Shown in pieces: positions 39,559-48,133 of a stretch of 64,000 bases of DNA (positions are counted from its first letter, which is position 1; every line of letters begins with the position of its first letter). Under the pieces are notes generated by a model. That model worked only from the letters and a program-made list of their open reading frames with translations, was not told the origin of the DNA and did no database searches. A program made the position numbers and the translations under genes. This stretch comes from Candidatus Latescibacterota bacterium (GTDB lineage Bacteria > Latescibacterota > UBA2968), in contig OZ242320.1 of the NCBI GenBank assembly GCA_965208125.1, forward strand, positions 3,328,001 through 3,392,000, written 5' to 3'.

Positions 39559-40355
39559 AAAAAATACCCCTGATATTGATCATTGCCTTGACGATGTCGT
39601 GCGCGGTGATAAATAAGCTAAATTTGTTGACGCCCGAGCAAGAGGTGGAGCTTGGCAGGCAAGCCTCGCGAGAGGTGGAGCGGTCCGTGCGATTGTACAG
39701 GGATCCGCTGGTGCGCGCTTATATAGATAGTCTGGGTCAGGCTCTGGTGCGGGTGTCGGCACGGTCGCAGTTTCGATATTATTTTAAGGTGGTCGATGCA
39801 CCCGAGGTGAATGCATTTGCTCTGCCAGGGGGATTTATATATGTGAATCTCGGGTTGATTAAAGTAGCTGAGACCGAGTCGGAATTGGCCGGGGTGATCG
39901 GGCATGAGATAGGGCATGTGGAGATGCATCACGGGGCTAAGAAAATTTCACAGCAGTATGGTGTTGCCGTGCTGGTCGATGTCATAGCCGGGGGCGGAGA
40001 TCCATCGCTGAGGCGAAAAATTATCGCCCAATTGGTGGGATTGGGCGGGGGATTGGGCGTGCTGAAATACGGGCGGGAAGCAGAGCGCGAATCCGATAAG
40101 TTCGCGGTACATTGCATGGTAAATGCGGGTGTTGATCCCGAGGGCATAGCGCGTTTTTTTGAGACGCTGTTGAAGTTGCACAAACGCGCACCCAAAGGGG
40201 TTGAGGTGTGGTTTGCAACGCATCCACCAACGCAGTCGCGCATCGATTTTGTGCGATCTGAAATTGCCAAACTTCCGAATACTTCGGAACTGAAAAAGAC
40301 ATCTGTGCGGTTCAAACAAATTCGCGCCCGCGTCGGCGGAGGTAAAGGCCGTTAG
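39555..40355 (+). CDS. M48 zinc metallopeptidase lipoprotein
   Basis: Lipobox-like TMSC, NAFALPGG, HEIGH, E..SD, THP. Confidence 0.9.
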   Translation: MKKIPLILIIALTMSCAVINKLNLLTPEQEVELGRQASREVERSVRLYRDPLVRAYIDSLGQALVRVSARSQFRYYFKVVDAPEVNAFALPGGFIYVNLGLIKVAETESELAGVIGHEIGHVEMHHGAKKISQQYGVAVLVDVIAGGGDPSLRRKIIAQLVGLGGGLGVLKYGREAERESDKFAVHCMVNAGVDPEGIARFFETLLKLHKRAPKGVEVWFATHPPTQSRIDFVRSEIAKLPNTSELKKTSVRFKQIRARVGGGKGR

Positions 40356-40369
40356 TAGCCTTTGCGAAA

Positions 40370-40404
40370 TTCACACTTCCTACTTCACACTTCCTACTTC
40401 CTAT
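40370..40404. repeat. Heptamer tandem repeat
   Basis: TTCACAC TTCCTAC TTCACAC TTCCTAC TTCCTAT. Confidence 0.8.
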
Positions 40405-41413
40405 GGTTCGTTTTCTCAAATGGTTTTTCCCGATTAGCACGGCGATTCTGATTGTTTTAGTCGCCAGTGCATACTGGTATGTGACGCCGCAACGATTAAA
40501 GGCGATTGTGCAGCCGCGTTTGTCCTCGGCTTTGGGCAGAGAGGTGATGTTTGATCATATAGATTGGGGGCTGTCTGATGGTGTGGTGTTTTCGGGTTTA
40601 AGAGTGGAAGGTCGGACTGGCGTCGGTCCCTTTTTAGTCGCGGAGCAGGCTCAGGTGTATATGTCTCGATGGAAGTTGTTGTCGGTTTTGGGCGCATTGG
40701 TGCTGGAAGGTGAGATGCCTGGGATGGGTGAGCAGAGCGATGCCGAAGGTGCGCCAATTCTATCCATAGATCGCATCCGGTTTCAGGATGGTACGTTGCG
40801 GGTGAGACGCATTGCGATTGTTTTTGATTATTTGGAGACGACTTTACTTGCCGAGAATGGGCGTGTAAATCTGGAGGCAATTCAGGGGCAGGTGTACGAG
40901 GGGACGCTTGAGGGGTCTCTGGCGTGGGATAATGGTGTGTGGGATGGGGCTGTGTCGCTTGCGAATGCCCAGGCAGAACAGGTGGCGCGTTCGATTGGCT
41001 GGGCTATTCCGCTTTACGGTGTGGTTGATATAACGGCTCAGGTTTCGGGTGCAAATGTGCGTGGCACCGCGAGTATGGACGAGGGGCGCATTGTGAAGTG
41101 GGATTTTTTGCAGCGGTTGTTGCACCCGATGGCACAATGGGGTTTGATAAATGCCGATGAGGTCCCGCTCAAAGATGTGAAGGTGATTTTTCAGGTGCAG
41201 GGCGATGAGGTGATTCTCGATGGGACACAGTTCACTGCTTCAGATATAGCTTGTGTATTAAATGGTAAGAGTGCTCAGGATCAGTTGGATTATGTGCTGG
41301 ATGTGGAAATGCCCATTCAATTCGCCGGGTTTCGCCTGGGCAGAGCCATTCCCATACGAGTAAAAATTACCGGTGCGGCAAACGCACCAGAAGTGACGGT
41401 GGAGATAAAATAG
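40403..41413 (+). CDS. AsmA-like protein
   Basis: N-terminal TM, LSSALGREV, beta-rich body, terminal IPIRVKITG...PEV. Confidence 0.65.
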   Translation: MVRFLKWFFPISTAILIVLVASAYWYVTPQRLKAIVQPRLSSALGREVMFDHIDWGLSDGVVFSGLRVEGRTGVGPFLVAEQAQVYMSRWKLLSVLGALVLEGEMPGMGEQSDAEGAPILSIDRIRFQDGTLRVRRIAIVFDYLETTLLAENGRVNLEAIQGQVYEGTLEGSLAWDNGVWDGAVSLANAQAEQVARSIGWAIPLYGVVDITAQVSGANVRGTASMDEGRIVKWDFLQRLLHPMAQWGLINADEVPLKDVKVIFQVQGDEVILDGTQFTASDIACVLNGKSAQDQLDYVLDVEMPIQFAGFRLGRAIPIRVKITGAANAPEVTVEIK

Positions 41414-41420
41414 ATTTTTT

Positions 41421-41534
41421 TTAAAGAGCCAGCACGATGACGATGACTATACCGAGCACGATCAATCCGCCAAAAAATACGATGCAGAAACCCCTGACAA
41501 ACCCGCCTACAAAACCATTGTTATTGTCGCTCAT
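41421..41534 (-). CDS. 37-aa single-pass membrane protein (not in ORF track)
   Basis: MSDNNNGFVGGFVRGFCIVFFGGLIVLGIVIVIVLAL; purine-rich GGAAGGA upstream. Confidence 0.5.
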   Translation of the reverse strand: MSDNNNGFVGGFVRGFCIVFFGGLIVLGIVIVIVLAL

Positions 41535-41585
41535 GTTTTATTCATTTCCTTCCATATCGCCGCGAACAAAACCCTGCGGGATATA

Positions 41586-42020
41586 TCATCGTAGGGGCGG
41601 TGCCCCCGTGCCCGCCCGCTTTCCCATGTCGCAGTGAACAAAGCCCTGAGAGACACTGGCCTTCAGCAGAACGGCTGGTAGCCGTTTCAGTTTTTCATTT
41701 CTCGGATCAACCTCGAATCCACCGGATTCCAAAGCGGTAACGCCGAGCAATGGTTCCGCTCCTTCTTCTCCGTACACAATGGTCCCACCGACGATTTCTC
41801 CCTCAAACTCAATCTCGGCGATGGTTATATCCATGGCCACAGGATTCCCGTCTGCAAGCACATAATCGCGACTACCCCTCGGTTCAAGTCCAATCTCTTC
41901 AAGGCGCACCCTCGGCACGAGCGAGTCGAATGCGCCAGTATCGACTAAAAATTTGCCGGTCCAGCTGCGTTGTCGATCCGCGGGATTGCGGATCGTTACG
42001 TCAACATAAGTCGCCCCCAT
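41586..42020 (-). CDS. Clan AA retropepsin-like aspartic protease
   Basis: LVDTGA, LADG, LLGVTALE; ATG at 42020 after AGGAG. C-terminus runs into a REP copy. Confidence 0.85.
   Translation of the reverse strand: MGATYVDVTIRNPADRQRSWTGKFLVDTGAFDSLVPRVRLEEIGLEPRGSRDYVLADGNPVAMDITIAEIEFEGEIVGGTIVYGEEGAEPLLGVTALESGGFEVDPRNEKLKRLPAVLLKASVSQGFVHCDMGKRAGTGAPPLR
41591..41617. repeat. GTAG-type REP-like element
   Basis: GTAGGGGCGGTGCCCCCGTGCCCGCCC. Confidence 0.75.
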
Positions 42021-42148
42021 GGCGATTCTCCTATTTGAAGATATAGGACAAAATTGAGTCTGTATAGGACCACCGAGCAGAATAAGAATATGGGAAAACG
42101 GACCGCAATGCAAGGTTCGATTCTTGTTCTGGCGGAATATCCTTATGA

Positions 42149-45100
42149 GTTTCAATCCGCTCCCTGTAGCGAGGTGCAGGGAGATAGACTTGTCCGCATA
42201 GTACTCGAGCAAGTCTTTCATGTTTCAATCCACTCCCCCAACTAGAGTTAGGGAGGATTGCGATTACAGAGCCTATCTCACAGATAACTATGAAGTTTCA
42301 ATCCGCTCCCGCACCGGAGTACAGAGAGATTCGCGTTCCTTGGTATTCTTAATCTCATTATTCTGGATGTTTCAATCCGCTTCCTGCACCGAAGTACAGA
42401 GAGATACTACGATCCCCTCCCTGAGTGGGCTGGATGGTGCAGTTTCAATCCGCTCCCTACACCAGAGTACAGGGAGATCTTATACAGCGCATCCTTTATG
42501 AGCCAGTGCTTGTAGTTTCAATCCGCTTCCCCAACTGGAGTTAGGGAAGATTTTGGAGATGCCAACACTGCCGGACAATTCGACGTGTTTCAATCCGCTC
42601 CCTGCACCGAAGTACAGGGAGACCCTGCGGCTGGTCGTGAACCCAGACAATATTGTCATGTTTCAATCCGCTTCCCGCACCGAAGTATAGAGAGATTTTA
42701 CGCCCGAACCGCGCTCGTTTTGTTGCTCTTCGTTTCAATCCGCTCCCTGCACCAGAGTACAGGGAGATATGGGGTTATATCCATAACGAAAGAAAAATTC
42801 ATTGTTTCAATCCGCTCCCTACACCGAAGTATAGGGAGATGTTTGCCCGATATTTGGGACAAAATATCTGTGTAGTTTCAATCCGCTCCCTACACCGAAG
42901 TATAGGGAGATCCATGATCTTGTCCTGGTCACGTTTTGGGAAATGGGTTTCAATCCGCTCCCTACACCGAAGTATAGGGAGATCACCACACCACCAGCGT
43001 CCATGCGCGTGATTGAAGGTTTCAATCCGCTCCCTACACCGAAGTATAGGGAGATAACTCAGAATATCCCCGGCGTTCCAGGTGCTGATGTTTCAATCCG
43101 CTCCCTACACCGAAGTATAGGGAGATCGGTGAGTATTGGGCTGGACGGAGAAGATGAGGACAGTTTCAATCCGCTCCCTACACCGAAGTATAGGGAGATG
43201 AAGTCACAACCGGTTGGTCAGTTGATTTTGTAAATGTTTCAATCCGCTCCCTACACCGAAGTATAGGGAGATACTGCCTGTTGCGAGCACATTGGTCCAT
43301 CCACTCCAGTTTCAATCCGCTCCCTACACCGAAGTATAGGGAGATAGGGTAAATTTTGTCATGGGGTTTCCTTTACTGGTGTTTCAATCCGCTCCCTACA
43401 CCGAAGTATAGGGAGATTGTCTGTTTGGTGGTCGCTCATCGGGCAAGACGTGGTTTCAATCCGCTCCCTACACCGAAGTATAGGGAGATTCCCCGCCCGC
43501 CTTTGTGTATGCTGGCGCGTAAACGTTTCAATCCGCTCCCTACACCGAAGTATAGGGAGATCCACATGCGGTGCCCTATTCCCGACACGGATATAGGTTT
43601 CAATCCGCTCCCTACACCGAAGTATAGGGAGATTAGTTTGCCATGATTGTGAGACAAAAGGGTGTGCAGAATGTTTCAATCCGCTCCCTACACCGAAGTA
43701 TAGGGAGATCGAGGCGAAGCGCGGCATTAAGGTGCTTCGTGATGAGGTTTCAATCCGCTCCCTACACCGAAGTATAGGGAGATCCGGCCATTCTCGGTCA
43801 GGTAATGGTTCATTCTTTGTTTCAATCCGCTCCCTACACCGAAGTATAGGGAGATAAATGGAATTACCGAAATCTAATCGTCGCTATGTATGTTTCAATC
43901 CGCTCCCTACACCGAAGTATAGGGAGATTGTGAGTAGGCATGTTTTGAAACCGCTGGAAGTGGGTTTCAATCCGCTCCCTACACCGAAGTATAGGGAGAT
44001 CTTACCGGGGCGGTCAGTGATGATGTGGTCACATTGTTTCAATCCGCTCCCTACACCGAAGTATAGGGAGATATGGACTCCATCGCGTATTTCAACTTTG
44101 TGTGGCGTTTCAATCCGCTCCCTACACCGAAGTATAGGGAGATTTCACAGATATAGAGTGTGGAAACATTATTAACACGTTTCAATCCGCTCCCTACACC
44201 GAAGTATAGGGAGATAGATTTCATTAGAATACCTTTTGGAATAAGTGTAGTTTCAATCCGCTCCCTACACCGAAGTATAGGGAGATTTTCATATTCCTTC
44301 ACTAGACCGCTCTGCAGAGGCCCTGGTTTCAATCCGCTCCCTACACCGAAGTATAGGGAGATATTCCGTGGTTCGGAGAGGATGCTTGGGAATGGGCGAG
44401 TTTCAATCCGCTCCCTACACCGAAGTATAGGGAGATGTGTTAAATACTTGGGTATATAGTCTGTCAACCGACGTTTCAATCCGCTCCCTACACCGAAGTA
44501 TAGGGAGATGGTAAACCATAATAGCCTTCCATGCCCGGAATTGCAGTTTCAATCCGCTCCCTACACCGAAGTATAGGGAGATCCCGTCCATCTTGTCCAA
44601 ATCTGCTTACAATTCGCGTTTCAATCCGCTCCCTACACCGAAGTATAGGGAGATACAAAACACTAAAACAAAAAATCTTCAGTGCGGCAGAGTTTCAATC
44701 CGCTCCCTACACCGAAGTATAGGGAGATCGTTGGATACTGGGAAGAGAACAATAATTGACAGGTTTCAATCCGCTCCCTACACCGAAGTATAGGGAGATT
44801 CCATTTAGGGATCTTTCTTCAGGTGAAGAATAAATGTTTCAATCCGCTCCCTACACCGAAGTATAGGGAGATAGATAATCCCAGAACAATCAGAGAACGA
44901 CTATCCCTGTTTCAATCCGCTCCCTACACCGAAGTATAGGGAGATGATCGTGTTTTTGAAGTATAAACAAACTGAATGAACGTTTCAATCCGCTCCCTAC
45001 ACCGAAGTATAGGGAGATCATCGTCCAAACTGTAGTGGCTGTGATTATGCAGGCTGTTTCAATCCGCTCCCTACACCGAAGTATAGGGAGATTCGCGTTC

Positions 45101-45822
45101 AGCGAAGCCAATAAACCACATGTAATGGAGTTTCAATCCGCTCCCTACACCGAAGTATAGGGAGATAAATATGATGTTTAAATCGCCAGCCGCGTCACAA
45201 AGTTTCAATCCGCTCCCTACACCGAAGTATAGGGAGATCATCGATGGATATGAGGATCACCAGAAAATAATGAAGTTTCAATCCGCTCCCTACACCGAAG
45301 TATAGGGAGATTGGGACCTGGGGTATAACCCGGCGGGACTGAAAGAGTTTCAATCCGCTCCCTACACCGAAGTATAGGGAGATTCAAGGAACAGGGGTTC
45401 TTGTCGAATGAATCAAAATGTTTCAATCCGCTCCCTACACCGAAGTATAGGGAGATGTCGCATAATCTGCAAGCCCAGCATCGACATGTGCGGTTTCAAT
45501 CCGCTCCCTACACCGAAGTATAGGGAGATTTTTCATCTGCGCTTGATATGTCGAAAACAGAGACCGGTTTCAATCCGCTCCCTACACCGAAGTATAGGGA
45601 GATATCATATCAATGTTCAAACGGGGAAAATCTATTACCAGTTTCAATCCGCTCCCTACACCGAAGTATAGGGAGATAAATAACAAGCATCTGAACCTTG
45701 AATCGCCAAAAGGTTTCAATCCGCTCCCTACACCGAAGTATAGGGAGATGCCTCATTCATTGTCAGACGTTTCATCTCGCAATATGTTTCAATCCGCTCC
45801 CTACACCGAAGTATAGGGAGAT
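42149..45822 (-). CRISPR. CRISPR array: 51 repeats (37 bp), 50 spacers (~34-39 bp)
   Basis: Repeat on minus strand ATCTCCCTATACTTCGGTGTAGGGAGCGGATTGAAAC. 42 identical copies at 42804-45822 and 9 variant trailer copies at 42149-42768; leader lies on the cas2 side. Confidence 0.99.
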
Positions 45823-46002
45823 ACTGGTTGTTGTAACCAGCGTAATACCAAAAGGTTATACAAGTGGATGCGCGAATCTCCTTTCTTACACATCCTTCGA
45901 TTAAAGTGAGAGCAACAAACTTGCTGTAAATAGTTGTTAGTCATAGGTTTGTAAATTGCGCGAAAGTAGGGGCAAAACGCCGTCACTTTACTTTCGCGCC
46001 AG
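45823..46002 (-). promoter_or_regulatory. CRISPR leader
   Basis: Non-coding 180 bp between cas2 and the first identical repeat; IHF-like site and TGCGCGAA direct repeats. Confidence 0.8.
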
Positions 46003-46290
46003 TTAAAAAATCAGTGGTTCGTTTAAGTCCACGGGTTCTTTAAGCCCGTGATGCTCTATCTTGTTTTTGGCGTCTTCGTCCAGGTGATAGATCCTGAGAG
46101 AATCTTGCTTGGGATCTATTTCTTCCAGCAGACGGGTCTTGAGTTCCGCCCATTCTGTTTTTCCCACCTGACATTCAAAAAGCGATTTTTGAGCACGGAC
46201 ACCATAATCCTTACAGGCTCTCGCCACTCGCCGCAGCCGCCTTTGTCCTGCTCGGTCAGTTGTGGAAACATCATAAGCAATCAGTTTCAA
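46003..46290 (-). CDS. cas2: Cas2 (I-C type)
   Basis: IAYDVST..AGQRRLRRVARAC..YG.RAQKSLFEC, DSLRIY. Confidence 0.95.
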   Translation of the reverse strand: MKLIAYDVSTTDRAGQRRLRRVARACKDYGVRAQKSLFECQVGKTEWAELKTRLLEEIDPKQDSLRIYHLDEDAKNKIEHHGLKEPVDLNEPLIF

Positions 46291-46326
46291 TTTTTTCTCC
46301 TTACCGAAACAAGTGGCGATACTGCG

Positions 46327-47412
46327 TTATTTTATGATAAATGGAATATAGTCGGGAATATCGCCGCGGAGTTTTCGGGCCAATAATTTAGCTTGAATGC
46401 TGAACACTTGCCCTATGCGGATATTCTGCTTGAACAAAGGGTGCTTTACTTCTGTTTGCTTGCGCCGTTGCCAGGCCTGAATAACCTCTCTTCTACCATG
46501 ATCGGTAAACTCTACGGCACCGCCCTCTCGTTCGCGGAAGTGCTTAGGCTCGATTTGGCGGCGGTTGATCAGAGTCAGTGCCAGCCGCTCTGCCAAACAG
46601 GGACGAAATTCTTCCATCAGATCCAGGGCACAAGCCGGCCTTCCCGCGCGTGTTGCATGAAGCCAGCCGACATAAGGATCTAACCCGGCGGTTGTCAATG
46701 CGGCCAGGCAATCGTGACGAACCAGGGCATATATAAAGGAAAGCAAGCAGTTTACCCGATCTCGGGGCGGTCGCCGTGTGCGGTTTACAAATTTGAAGTT
46801 TTCTCGTTGCTGTTTGAGCATGTATTGGAATACCGAAAAATAGATTTTTGCTCCCAGACCTTCCAATCCTCTGATAGGATCAAGTGTCTCCCGAAGTCCG
46901 CAATCTGGATCAACGGACGAAGCGTCTTCCGGCTCAGCCTCAAGTGCAACTGAAAGTTGGCGGATCAATCGGGCGAGTTCATCAGCCGCTCCCGCCAATT
47001 TCGCTCGGTCCGAATCTATATCGGCTTCCCGAGCAGATCGCAAGAGGTTGGAACGCGAGTTCTGTAATTTCCCGGCGACAAATTGCCGAGCCAGACGAGC
47101 CGCGTCTTCTGGGCTGTCCGCTGCTGCGTACTGAGCACGACGCAGCAAGTAGCGGGTATCTCCGCTTCCTATGACTTGTGCCAGCAGGTAGCCATTTTCT
47201 GTATGATAATGTACGGCCACTTGATGCGCCCAGCACAAAGCCATAGCTGGCGGCGTAACCACGACCTGCCCGAAAGCGCAAATACTTTCCAGATGGTGAA
47301 TCGGAACGGTCAGACGGGTTTGCTTTTCGATCTCAATCCGAAGCGTTAAGTGGTCTCTGAGCACTACGGTTTTTGGTGTCGTCAGATAAAGTGTATTTTG
47401 AATGATAGCCAT
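46327..47412 (-). CDS. cas1: Cas1 (I-C type)
   Basis: NTLYLTT, VPIHHLE, RGLEG, RRPPRDRVNCLLSF.Y, GLDPYVGWLH, LDLMEEFR. Confidence 0.97.
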   Translation of the reverse strand: MAIIQNTLYLTTPKTVVLRDHLTLRIEIEKQTRLTVPIHHLESICAFGQVVVTPPAMALCWAHQVAVHYHTENGYLLAQVIGSGDTRYLLRRAQYAAADSPEDAARLARQFVAGKLQNSRSNLLRSAREADIDSDRAKLAGAADELARLIRQLSVALEAEPEDASSVDPDCGLRETLDPIRGLEGLGAKIYFSVFQYMLKQQRENFKFVNRTRRPPRDRVNCLLSFIYALVRHDCLAALTTAGLDPYVGWLHATRAGRPACALDLMEEFRPCLAERLALTLINRRQIEPKHFREREGGAVEFTDHGRREVIQAWQRRKQTEVKHPLFKQNIRIGQVFSIQAKLLARKLRGDIPDYIPFIIK

Positions 47413-47420
47413 ACGTGGTT

Positions 47421-48059
47421 TTAATCCCCTCCCGATGAATCGGCAGTATCAAAAACTTGCCGATAGGCACGCGCCAGCGTGGGAGGAACGCTGGTGATCT
47501 CGGGAAGACAATAATCAAAAAGCGAACACTCAGAACACTGGGGCTTATGGATGGCATTTGGGACGACTTCCTTTTCAATGAGCCGATGCATGGCTTCAAT
47601 GGCCTGTTCGGTAAAATGGCGCAATTTCTCTGTGAACACTATCTTTCGGCGGCGTTTGCTCCTGGCGTGAAAGATGGCACCCTGAGAAATATCCAACCCG
47701 AACATTTCTTCGAGGCACAGAGCCTGCGCGCAAAGCTGGGCGTCGTCATTGTCGAATTTGCGCCGTCTGCCTTTTTTGAACTCGACAGGAACCAACGAAC
47801 CATCGGAATGACGTTCAACAATGTCGCATCTGCCGCTGAGACTGAGCCGATCAGACCAGATGGGCAAAGCACGCAGCAAGGTGACGCCTCTGATGTTTTC
47901 ATAACCCGAAACATCGGCCTGTTCGTGAACACTACCGCCGATCACGGTGTGCTCGTTGGTCCCTCGCCACCCCTCAATCGCCTTCAATGCCGCCCGACGT
48001 TGACAATAGAGGTAGTCGTTGAGGAGTGAGAGGGGAATGGGATCGTGGAGATTTATCAT
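47421..48059 (-). CDS. cas4: Cas4
   Basis: YCQRR, G.CDIVE, PVEFKKG, QLCAQALCLEEM, CSECSLFDYC. Confidence 0.96.
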   Translation of the reverse strand: MINLHDPIPLSLLNDYLYCQRRAALKAIEGWRGTNEHTVIGGSVHEQADVSGYENIRGVTLLRALPIWSDRLSLSGRCDIVERHSDGSLVPVEFKKGRRRKFDNDDAQLCAQALCLEEMFGLDISQGAIFHARSKRRRKIVFTEKLRHFTEQAIEAMHRLIEKEVVPNAIHKPQCSECSLFDYCLPEITSVPPTLARAYRQVFDTADSSGGD

Positions 48060-48133
48060 ATTGACACTTCACTATTCCTAAACGCATTGAGTTCCACAAC
48101 ATCCTTTATTATTTTATTCAGGTTAGTATTAAT

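Noticed and set aside
42769-42803. Spacer 9 shares 14 bp (TTATATCCATAACG) with the rny leader at 17240-17253, possible self-targeting
   Set aside because: One 14-mer match is roughly expected by chance for 50 spacers against 64 kb, and the crRNA seed end is mismatched.
45530-45566. Spacer partially matching 54654-54678 (CTTGATATGTC..AGAGA) upstream of the cas operon
   Set aside because: Only 11 contiguous matches with scattered mismatches including the seed end; not distinguishable from chance.
42054-45986. Many short ORFs with repeated FNPLPTPKYRE / VSIRSLHRSIGR peptides
   Set aside because: Translations of CRISPR repeats.
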